Source: Botryllus schlosseri (taxonomy: Eukaryota). From it: a DNA stretch of 64,000 nucleotides. The notes under the pieces were generated by a model that worked only from the letters and a program-made list of their open reading frames with translations, was not told where the DNA came from and made no database searches. The stretch covers positions 2,668,001 to 2,732,000 of the forward strand of contig CM119378.1 of the NCBI GenBank assembly GCA_051294905.1, given 5' to 3'. A program made the position numbers and the translations under genes. Positions 53,157 through 64,000 of this stretch are shown here, piece by piece; positions within the stretch are counted from its first letter, which is position 1, and every line of letters begins with the position of its first letter.

Positions 53157-53563
53157 CAGTGGTTCCCAACGTGGGCGATTTCGCTCCCCTCCACCCCAAG
53201 TCAGCGATAATGAGACATAAGGGGCGAAAACATCGAAGGGGGCGAGTCGGGGCGACAGGAGGCGAAATTAATAGAACGTCAGTGCGAAATATTTAATTAA
53301 CAACGCCAAAAATGCACGTGACGACGGATTATTCTGAATATGACGCAAACGATGTCCAAGAAAAGGTCAACTCAACGGAAAGTAGACGCGCAAACCGACG
53401 CGGGAAAATGGTCTTTTCAAAGTCAATTCACCAGCGATCAGAGTTTGGTGAATAAATATCCTGTCTATATGTCCACTTTTTCCGATCCGTAGGTATGGGG
53501 TGGGTGAAAATTTGTGTCGAGTTTGATAAAGGACCATGAGTCGGAAATGGTTGGGAACCACTG
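53157..53563. mobile_element. Intronic hAT MITE
   Basis: cagtggttcccaac / gttgggaaccactg and 8-bp TSD tgataagg. Confidence 0.9.
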
Positions 53564-53754
53564 TGATAAGGGATCTTTAGGGATAGGATTATTCATCTGG
53601 TACTCGAATTTTTTCTAGAACTACACATATTCATAGACTCATGACAGCGACTCTTATAAATCGTGATTGACGTGTTGACCATCTCCTTGATATAGCTCAA
53701 AGATTTGTAAAATGCTGACAATTTCATAAGTCAAGATCAGTCTCGTGTGCGCAG

Positions 53755-53889
53755 GTTTTACTACCTATGAAACGCCGTGGATACAACGTGAAGCATCTGT
53801 TAGCATGAGCGAATTCCCCGTCATTGTGCTATATATTGGAAGATATTCATATTTTAAGATCGCACTACGATACAACTTCACAAACTTTG
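53755..53889 (+). pseudogene. Receptor paralog E: second CUB-like exon (GFTTYETPWIQREASVSMSEFPVIVLYIGRYSYFKIALRYNFTNF)
   Basis: gcag| acceptor, g|gtaagt donor, open frame, homologous to 3413-3553. Confidence 0.75.
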
Positions 53890-54193
53890 GTAAGTGGCGT
53901 GAATATAAATCTATCGGGTAAAACTAAAGTAGGCTCTTATGGATTCTCCCTTTGGGTGAAATGCAATCGTGGTCAATACACCTAACTTGACAATAATAGT
54001 TGTGTTGACGTATAGGCCTATTATCATTTAAGTGACGTAGACGTATTTTTGACGAAGTCATATACAAGGCTTTTTCAAATAGTACTGTAGGATACTGCAT
54101 ATTACATATTGCTGTTGTTACCTATCGTGATTCGGAAAAATAGACTGAGGCAAAACTCTATATGTTTACCACGTTGGCTGTGATCGCATATAG

Positions 54194-54829
54194 ACGACGC
54201 GTTATCAAGCACAGACTCTACGGTAGGGTTACCATATGTCTTTTCCAAAAGGATATTCCTCTTTTTACAAAAAATTGAAAGTCTCCTCGGAGGACGTCTA
54301 AATGTTCAATATTTAGGAATTTGTGCTGTTTTTCTAGAAAAAAGTATTAAAATTCGATTAAAACGCCAGAATTGCCAAGACAATCAACGAAAAATATGGC
54401 GCTACGGGTATTTCGGGAGGAGAGATGGGCAAGATGACATTTTTATTTTTTCGAGTCATCACACTACCATTGGTCGCAAAATGTTCAAAATCACAAGTTT
54501 TATTTTCCGGTAGGCATACTAGAGCTTTCAGAATTTTTGAAAAGCCTCCTCTTTTTCTGATCTCAAAATATGATAACCCTACTCTACACTTCGACCACCT
54601 CCAAGCAGACAATGCACCGACATGACCAGTCACCTGTGAACCTAACACTACGAGTAGTAAGAGCCAGAGACCGACATCAAAATGTATTTCCTACTTAACA
54701 ACAGAATCCTGCTTTAGAGGAACAATATGGGCGTCGTGAAGGCACACGTGATATCTATCAAATCTTATCCATGGTATTGGGAAGTCTGCTGCTGATCACA
54801 GTCATCATGTTACTATTTTCTCTGGCGAG
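54194..54829 (+). pseudogene. Receptor paralog E: stalk + TM exon, interrupted by a MITE and carrying a nonsense codon
   Basis: DDALSSTDST[MITE]TSTTSKQT...FPT*QQNP...DIYQILSMVLGSLLLITVIMLLFSLA, phase-2 donor ag|gtgaga. Confidence 0.75.
54224..54581. mobile_element. hAT MITE (tagggttacc family) inserted in an exon
   Basis: TIRs tagggttaccatat / atatgataacccta, TSD remnant ctctac. Confidence 0.8.
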
Positions 54830-54928
54830 GTGAGAAATACTTTTTGGGTGCGTTTTATAGAAACCCCTCATTAGTTATGTATGCTATTATGTCACCTCAG
54901 CGTCAAGTAAATTGTAAGCGATATGTAG

Positions 54929-54995
54929 TTTTTGACGAATGTCAGCCGAAAATATGCGGGTTTATTAAAATATTAAAATATTATAAATGCAATTG
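54929..54995 (+). mobile_element. 5'-truncated hammerhead-unit insertion
   Basis: tgacgaatgtcagccgaaaatatgcggg, TSD tatgtag/tacgtag, empty site at 7552-7558. Confidence 0.7.
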
Positions 54996-57084
54996 TACGT
55001 AGAAAACAGTCATTCGACACCATGAATTCTTAGTCACATTGCTGCTTGGAGTAGCAGTACAGACAAAATATTCGTCATCTGTACACGTCTTCATTGTCAT
55101 CATCTTTAATATAATTCTCTTCAATTCAACATAATACAATAACTGCAAGACATCCTCTACTTGTTCTTTATCTCACTGCGTCTTGTCTCTTGTGTATCGC
55201 ATTCTACGTTGCGTGCCTAGGGGGCGACGAAAAAGATGAAACAGCTGATTATGGAATAACAAAAATCTCGTACCAGAACAAGCTTTTGTAGCGTCCCTGA
55301 TATACGGCATAGGCCTACTATGCATACCTAACAGGGACGTCGTTGTATGTATGGGTTCAAGATCTAATCGTTACGTGATGGTCCCATCAGTAACACAATT
55401 CCGTATGGTTTTATACGTATATATTAACATAATGACTTAATTACTTAAAACGGCGATCAACACAAGAGCATACAATCTGCTTCACACATGAGCATCACAC
55501 ATATCCATGCACTGTACAGTTGTACAAACACCTCAGTAGAGTTGACATTTCCAGACTGACCCCCTTCTGCCTACTTTACTACTATACTTCATCCCTGAGG
55601 CTCACTCACTCACACACAGGACCGTATCTGCCGCACCTCTAACCCCTCAATTGGGGTGGTGGGGGGTGGGGGCTGTCGAGCTCGAAGGGGGCCCAACATT
55701 ATTCCGTGAATTAACATAAATTACAGAGTATTGCGATCGCGATTTAGTGTTGTCAAATATATTGTTTATTGGGTATGTTTCCCCCAAGAAAAAACACGCA
55801 TGATTATTATAAATGGGCATTTCGACGTCGGCCGTTACCGTGCCACGACGCACCGAGACATATGAAGTTTTATGCCCTGTAACATACGACTCCGAGAAGT
55901 GTGTCAGCATGATCGGCAGCGAGAAAACCTTGGCCGAAAAGGACAGCCATTATGCTGATCGAATCTTTGAATATATGTACATAAATCTCTGATTGTCCAT
56001 AGGCGCCAAGGCGCCTGTCCGGGCAATCTGAACCCCAGAAGACAAATACCATCCCGCAGGGAAAAATTATTTGCCAGTGAATAAATACCAATTTGAAATC
56101 GTGTGAGTCTTTTAGTTTTTTGGTACGTTTAGGCGATTTCATCAACTTTTAAATATCAGACAGGAGGTCACGAAATAGCATCATGTAACGAAGTCATTAT
56201 ACCGAAGGGTTCGAGTGAAGATGTTCAATTAGTATTTACGGGATCTAGATTTTTCAAGACACCTCACTCAGCTCTACCGGTAAATCTGATTACGTGATAA
56301 TAGAGAGGATGAAAAATTGATAGAAATATATATGCAATTCCCAAATCCTATTGACTGATTCAATAATGATTCATAGAAAATTTTCGCGCCTGCGCGTTTA
56401 GGCGATACAAGCTGACTCGCTAAACAGAGTATAATCAAATTCGCTAATAAGTAGCGGCAAAAACGTCGGATGGATGGCTTCGCCCCCAGAAGTAAGGTTT
56501 CTCATCGTATGGGGCGACCCAACACCTACGTTTGGGGGGCTGACGAAGTGCTGTTTCGGTCCTGCTCTCACACAACCTTCCCCAGTCACGCTCCCGCGCA
56601 TTAATATTACATTCCACACCCCTATCTTTTTGGAAATATATTTTCTGCACACGCTCATATCAAATCGAAGGCGAGTATTTTCGAGACACGACCATGCATG
56701 TCAGGAAATGCAGCTGCAGCATTAGCTTTGAATTGAAAAAGCCTACCAAATATATTTATATTTTATGATGTTATTTTCAAATAACGGTCATTTTGGTACT
56801 GTTTAATAATAATTTTGCATAAGACAGAAGACGGTTGCACGACAGTTGAGCTAAATTGGAAATAAAATTACTGGGAATTCGCGGGGGTTCGTGGCGGTCC
56901 AATAGAGGTCCGCGAAAACAAAAAGGTTGAGAACCATTGAACTCAGCAATTCAAAACAACGCGAGGTTGAGACCCCAAGATAATAATTAAATAAACGCAT
57001 GAACATTGAGATACCGCATGAGGCATGACGCATGCTTGATTATAGCATAGATCACGTTACAATGTCATTTTGAAATCGAAACAG

Positions 57085-57164
57085 AACACGAAGGCTGATG
57101 AAGTTGCCGAAGAGTCCTGCGGATGGAGCCGGCAACTCGGAAGATTATGCTACTGTGACCAATA
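57085..57164 (+). pseudogene. Receptor paralog E: terminal exon 5' part (R)TRRLMKLPKSPADGAGNSEDYATVTN, then disrupted
   Basis: Same acceptor as copies A and B. Broken by a TA-TSD element, and the homologous 3' region resumes at ~58914. Confidence 0.75.
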
Positions 57165-58896
57165 CCGATGGATCAAAAATCGCAAACTGATCTCTGGCCC
57201 TCAAATCTTCAGCCGAGAATAGCAGATCTTTTGCTGTCTCAACTCTTCGATACAAGATCTACCTATCGCGGACATTTCCATGAATATCCACCTTTTCAAA
57301 AAATATTTATAAACGTTTAAAATTTGTTGCTCGAACGTGTCATCGGTCCCCACCCGGTGGGTCCAAAGGCACACGACCATGGGACCTGTGAGACAGACGG
57401 TCAAAAACTCAAATTTGTTAACTTGTTTTGTTGTGTACTATAAGCTAAGCTACAGCAAGCCAATGAAGAATGTTTCGTCGCGACCTTCAAGAATAAAATA
57501 CATTATATCAACTCAAATGTTGGCATAAAATCATGTTCTGATTTACGCCTAAACTTAGGGTTACCATATTTCTTCAACCCAAATTCCGGACACTCTTTAG
57601 CGCCCACTAGTTGATTTCAAAATAAGTTATGACGTCACACTAGCAAAGCTTTGCTCATGATGAACCAGAGGTGGCCACGATCCGGTTCAGGAGTATGTGG
57701 CTGTGTGTTGTGTAACCGGGACCGAAAGCACATGTTTTCAGTCACTTCCCGCCCAAATAAACAATGATTGTGATCCCACACTATAGGTTAATCGATTTAA
57801 CTTCTGGGGAGAGGGGGTTCTTGCTTTATGAATCAAGTTTCTATATACATCTGGTCGTTAAATTATTCGAATGAATTCTGTTAATGATATTGGTTGTTCT
57901 ATATATTACTATTTAAATACTACTCTCCGCCCACATGATCAGAGTTAGCGGTGCAGTTGGTGGAGGGTGATGAGTTAGATAAAAAAGGGAGCGTATAATT
58001 GCCTATCGTTAAGTCATATTCATGTCCTACCGATAAGATTGGTTATCAGCCTTATGCCGGTGCGCGCCACGAAGATTTATAAATACCCCATATCCAGTGG
58101 TTCGACTCCATCTCCAATTCGAAAATGTTCCGTGGCCCAGATCAAAATTTGACGAGCTGGCTACTAAAAGAAGAACTAGTTTCATACTTTAGGATTCTGC
58201 AATAAAAAAAATTTGGAAAATTTTGTTAGTTCAGCAGTACCTTACGGCCTTAAAAAGCGGGACGTTTGGTTGACTGGTCGGGATGCCGGGACAAGACGTT
58301 AAAAAGCGGGACTATCCCGCCTAAAACGGGACGTATGGTAAGCCTACCTAAACTTACAAAATTAATGCCACATACATATTACCCGCAAATCGACATTTTG
58401 ACTTTCAAATACCTCGTACTAGCGATAAAACACCACAGGTAACTATAATTTACAGCCTATATATATGTAGGCGAGTTTCTGTTGCTAAGTGATTAGTTGG
58501 TCCATCTATTTTGCTTGATTTGGCTATAGTACTATAGGTCCCCCACCCCATAAATATTGTAATTGACTTGAAAATAGTCCACTCGAGGATGGTATTGATT
58601 CAAAAAATATGTGCCATTATATACCCTGATACAAGCCCTATACTTCACATCAAAAACTATGGCGGGCTTGTTAGTCTGAAAGGTGATATAGAAAAACGCA
58701 AATGTCGATCCAAATTTACTTTACACCCCCTAAAACGTAAATCATTCGTCACAGAACCCATAACTCACGCAGGTCGAATTTTTTGCATGTGAGGAAAGAT
58801 TGTGTCAGCATGTAATTGTAGACAAATTCCCGGAGTGTAATCATGGAATTATCATGGAGAATTTTTCAAGTATTTTCGGTCCCAGTGATCCATCGG
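57165..58896. mobile_element. Non-autonomous TA-targeting DNA transposon (Tc1/mariner-superfamily-like)
   Basis: TIR ccgatggatca / tgatccatcgg flanked by TA. Confidence 0.75.
57556..58346. mobile_element. Nested hAT (tagggttacc family)
   Basis: 8-bp TSD cctaaact. Confidence 0.9.
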
Positions 58897-60780
58897 TACC
58901 ACATCTCCCCTACATCCCACGGTGTCCGGTGTAAAACAAGCCAACTCCAGCAATCGACATTCAACGTGAATCTTGAAAGTATCATCGGGAATCCAATTGT
59001 AAGGAATTTGGGAGTAGCCAGGACGCTCATTGAAGAGGACGTTTTTCAACAGTGACGTGATGACTCCGCTTTACTGCGACTACAAGAATATGACTTTGCA
59101 ATACCCAAAAGAGCTCCTACCAAGAGCAAAACCTCACCTGTGGCCAGAGATGAAGTGTCGCCAATATTTCTATTCTTTTGTCATCGCTAACTTCAGAGAC
59201 GAGATAACACTTATTTGAAAAATTATCTATCGACGATTCACAAAGAACATTGTCAATGCATGAGCCTACATCGTAACCCTTTCCCTAATTGCAATTTAAA
59301 ATCTATTGACAATAAAATCGTAACTATGTATAGGCCTGCAGCTGTGGCACGAAATGCGATCCATTGTCCATAGTATGAAGTTTGCTCAGCTCAAAGATGG
59401 CTGGCTTACGGATCCTTTTGGAAGCACATCGATTCGACCGCGTCTCTTATTTAAAATAGGCGATAATATAGATAAATATGCGGTTCCCAACCACTGGTCT
59501 GTGAACCGATTTCTGTCATAATTATCAACCAAACACGTGAGCCGGTCCGCGTATAGAAAAGCATGGTGGACCTCGGAAATAGATAGCCGAATATCTATAT
59601 TGCCGAATATCTATATTTTGAATTTAATAAGTTCGATTAACTCATGGAGAATTCTCACATTTGTCTTGTACCAAGGAGTCTCCGCTTGTCTAAAGAAGCA
59701 TAAAAGATTGGACTTTGATGATTTCTGCGGTCACGCATGTGTGGCGGGAGATGTATAACATAGAGCGGGGTAAAATATACTCCTAACTCTAATGTTGCTG
59801 AAGTCAGTTCCCAAACTTTTTCGGCTTGTGGCACACGTGGGCCAAAAAAATAAGATGCTTTAAAAAAGATCGATGTTTATTATTTTATTACGTGAACAGA
59901 ACATATACAATTGAAAGGAGGTAGAATTGTACACAAACGTACCCGCATCTTGTCATAAATTCCAAGCAGTATCTCTTCACAGCTTTTAATTTACTCAAAA
60001 AAAGAAAAGCCATGTAGACCTAGCCATGAAGATGCAAATTTTACAACAATGTTGATTGCTTTCGCAGCGATTATGGAATAGGATTTGTTAGCAGACAGCT
60101 AAAAATCATCAAGTTTCTTTCAAAGAAATAGCTTCAAATTTTAAATGGGCATTTCGCCTGATTTATTAGGATGCCATAACTGTTTTCATTGACACTTGTG
60201 CTTATTTATCAGCTGTTACAGAAGTTAAAGCGTCTGTAAGTCGCATATGCTGAGGGTTGCATTTAAAACAAAAATCAATTTAAAACAAACATGTTAAAAA
60301 AGGCCCTTGCTTAAAACATGTTTTTTTCAAGCCATATTCATGACGTCATAGTGGAATTACATTGTCAACTGAAAATATAGGCTAAATATAGCTCATTTTA
60401 CCAAATAAGCTTCCAACTCCTGTCATATACGGACCATAAATATGTTTAACCAGGACTACATCGTCATGCAGCGTTTTTACGGTCGACGTTCATCATCATC
60501 AGAACATTCATTCCACACCAATGATCTATATCCACGAAACAGTCGAACACTTTTTAATATCATGCATTAAATACGACTTCCATCGATCATTTTTAATAAC
60601 TTATTGCAATCAGTTACATATACCCTTCACCATACTCACTCTCGTCGTCGCAATTGTCCACCGCCGTTGCTGAATTCGTGATAAGTTGTAATTAGTTCAT
60701 TTAGTTACTGCTTGATTTGAATTTCCTGACGACCGTGGTGCACAAGGCCATAAATGGCGAAAAGTACCACTCATATTTGA

Positions 60781-60811
60781 AATAATATTAATAATAATAA
60801 TAATAATAATA
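60781..60811 (+). repeat. (TAA)n microsatellite at the 5' junction of the non-LTR element
   Basis: aataatattaataataataataataataata. Confidence 0.9.
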
Positions 60812-63031
60812 TCTACGTACAATGAGCTTTTATCCTCAACCAACTCGCACGAGATCCCAGCCTGGTTCACACAAGGGATCACCTATCTTATTCCAAAAAA
60901 TGAAAACACCAGGGACCCCAAGAACTACAGGCCGATAACATGCCTGACAACCATGTACAAAACACTGACCAAAATCCTGGCAAAACGAAGCTACAAACAC
61001 CTAGAAAACCTTCTTCCGCCTGAGCAGAAAGGATGCAAGGAAGGTGCCCTTGGCTGTAAGGACCACCTGCTCCTTGACAAAACCATTCTTGAAAACTGCA
61101 AGAGGAGACACACTAACCTCAGCATGGCATGGATAGACTACAAAAAAGCTTTCGATTCAGTCCCTCACACATGGATACTGAAAACAATGCGTATGTACAA
61201 AATGAATCCGATCATCATCAGATTTATTGAAGATTCAATGAAAAATTGGCATACCAAACTGTTGATCAAACATGATCAAGGCGAAACAGAAACCTGTACA
61301 ATTCAGATACGGAATGGTATCTTTCAAGGCGACTCATTCTCACCACTTCTATTCTGCCTCAGTTTAGCTCCACTCAGTGAGTTGCTGAGAAAAAATGAAA
61401 CAGGATACGTGATGAAAAAAGCAGCAAATTCTGAAGGTCAAAAGATTCATCACCTTTTGTTCATGGATGATCTGAAACTGTACGCGAAATCCGATGCAGA
61501 CCTGAATAACCAAATGAAAATTGTTCATGAGTTTTCGGAAGATATAAAAATGAAATTTGGCTTGGATAAATGCTCAAAACTTACCATACGACGTGGAAGA
61601 GTCACCAGCACTGGCGACATGAGCTTCAAACTGGGTGAAACCATAACAGAATTGAATGCCGAAGATCACTATAAATATCTAGGGATCTGTGAAAGCGACA
61701 ACATTAAACATGCTACAATGAAATCAAGTCTGAAAAAGGAATACATTAGCAGGCTCAAGTCAATTCTCAAAACTGAACTCAATTCCAAAAACAAAATCAA
61801 TGCCATAAACAGTCTTGCAGTGCCTGTCTTGAGATATAGCTTTGGTGTGGTGAACTGGCGCAAAGATGAAATTAAAAAATTGGATACAAAGACGAGAAAA
61901 TTGATGACAATGCACCACATGCATCACCCAAAATCTGATACACAAAGACTGTACATCCCCAGAAAAAAAGGTGGTCGAGGACTACAAGAAATTGAACAAA
62001 CTTTCAAAACAGAAATCATCGGCTTGTCACAGTACATCAACAACAGCGAAAACATTTACTGCATACTCATTGCACAGGAAGACAAACAGCGCAAAACAAA
62101 ATCTCTGAGCTATCGTCACGACAAGTACGTCAGAGAAGTCAACATGGAAACAGCTAACCTGTACACTGCTGAAAACACTGTTGCCAAACCCACAACAATA
62201 GCAAAAGCAGCACGAGTCCAGTACAAAAATGCAATGCTCAAAATGAGAGAAACGATATGGGAATCAATGCCTCTTCATGGACAGCACAAGAAGTTAACTT
62301 CACAGCCCCATGTAGACGAGCTTTCATGGACCTGGCTATCCAGCTCTGGCCTGAAACCGGCAAGCGAAGGATTCATTTTCGCAGCACAAGACCAATCGCT
62401 TCCTACAAAATACTATCGCAGAAGAATTCTGAAGCAAAACACGGACGGCAAATGCAGAATGTGCCACAACCAAAATGAAACTGTAGCACATCTCATGTCC
62501 GGCTGTGGTGCACTTGCAGCTACCGAATACACATGGAGACACAATAGGATTGGTCACTACATTCATCTTGAATTATGCAAACATTTTGACATCACCACTT
62601 CGACAAAAAATTGGTATGATTACAGCCCAGCACCAGTGACAGAAAACGAACAAGTAAAAATTCTGTGGGATGTACCAGTTATAACTGACCGCGAAATCAG
62701 GAGCAACCGCCCGGATATAATCGTCAAACTAAAAAAGAAAAGAGAATGCTTATTCATTGAAATGGCTGTCCCAGCTGATCACAACCTACTGCAAAAAGAA
62801 TCAGAAAAATACTCCAAATACGCAGACCTCAAAATGGAATGTGAGAAAATGTGGCGATGCAAAATAAACATTGTACCGATAGTCATTGGTGCTACAGGGG
62901 TCGTGAGCAAAAAACTCATGAGGCATATCCAACAAATTCCGGGTAACGTTCGATTCGACATGATCCAGAAAATCACATTATTGGGCACTGTGCACATTCT
63001 TCGGAAGGCCTTGAATGCACCAATGGACTAA
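60812..63031 (+). mobile_element. 5'-truncated R4/Dong-clade non-LTR retrotransposon ORF (RT, CCHC knuckle, restriction-like endonuclease)
   Basis: Frame open from 60812 (…TYLIPK…NYRPITCL), then IDYKKAFDS, QGDSFSP, FMDD, CRMC…ETVAHLMSGC, RHN, RPDI…IEMAVP, KYADL. No stops. Confidence 0.93.
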
Positions 63032-64000
63032 AATTACACTTGTGAATCACAGCATAATTTCTGTAATTTCGATTCTTCATCTTCAATCATCTCTACCTCT
63101 GCCAATTCTTCATCTGCTGCAATTCTGTAATCTGACTTCTCCGTGTATTGCATAGGAATAACAATTTGAATGTATTACTGAAATTTTAAAAATTTACTCC
63201 AATCTCGCCATTTTCCTTTGGGGGCAGGTTGCTCCCCGGATTATGTGTGTATCTACCAGTTTTACTGTGAATAAAGAATATCTACGTACTATAGCTATTG
63301 AACCGACTATTACGAGGGTTCCAACCATTACATATATCGTATACATCGGTAAAATCGGGCGAAAATCGTCCGTACGCTCATTTTACATGTTCTTTGGAGT
63401 GCATTTACACAATTACGGCATAATTATACAACTTAAAAAAACAAATTTGTTTCAAGCAACCATTTGTTTCCAATGCTACCTTAAATATGCTAGTCTCCAG
63501 GCGTTTTTTAAAAATTGTTTTCACAATTCTTTTCCAAAACTCCAAAAATATTCGCGACAATCTCTGAGAGTCTGTGGCTGCACAGTGCACACATATGTGC
63601 CGCGGTACACAGTGAATCAGTGTAAGCTGAACATAATGGATGAAGGTGTACTAAAATGGGGAAGTATTTCATCACGACACGCGTAAAACTTGTTATCAAG
63701 ACAATACATGAGTAAAATCATTCATACGCGCTGTATTATTTTCGACGAGTTCCGCGTACACAACGAAATTTGACATCATTCTTCTTCCCGAGAGATTGTC
63801 CGCAGCAGTCAAGTCACGAAGGTAAATTCCAATTTCAAAACGGAAAAGCTACAAAAACTTTTATAGTTCAGTGCAAAAGCGTTTTAAGCGAACAAGTGCA
63901 TATTGCCTACTGTATAGAATCAAAAGAAATAAACTGAAGATCGTTAATATGAAATATAGTTTTATAAGTTTAACCCAAAACTAAACCAGATATGGCGTGT

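Noticed and set aside
60727..60770. ctgacga...gccataaatggc-gaaa as a hammerhead before the Dong element
   Set aside because: About 14 extra nt separate the core from the hairpin, and helix I and the cleavage triplet cannot be formed convincingly

Overview
Eukaryotic, AT-rich, transposon-saturated animal DNA. A marine invertebrate such as an ascidian is plausible, but that is inference. I see no intact host gene, rRNA, true tRNA or CRISPR array. The window holds: (1) at least four decayed paralogous copies or fragments of an unannotated spliced type I membrane receptor gene (divergent CUB-like ectodomain, S/T stalk, TM helix, ~45-aa tail with DYATV and C-terminal DLYHI* tyrosine motifs), recognisable only by aligning copies and reading splice sites; (2) a Penelope-like GIY-YIG retroelement end carrying an intact minimal hammerhead ribozyme core, plus five related short non-autonomous ribozyme-bearing insertions, two of which form a palindrome; (3) a 5'-truncated but uninterrupted R4/Dong-type RT-RLE non-LTR ORF next to a (TAA)n tract; (4) a Harbinger transposon, a CMC-like element with a spliced SAMD3-like gene, Gypsy gag and pol relics, a tRNA-derived SINE fragment, and about 20 often nested hAT and other MITEs, many with readable TSDs. 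All alignments and counts were made by eye. Boundaries without TSDs are approximate.
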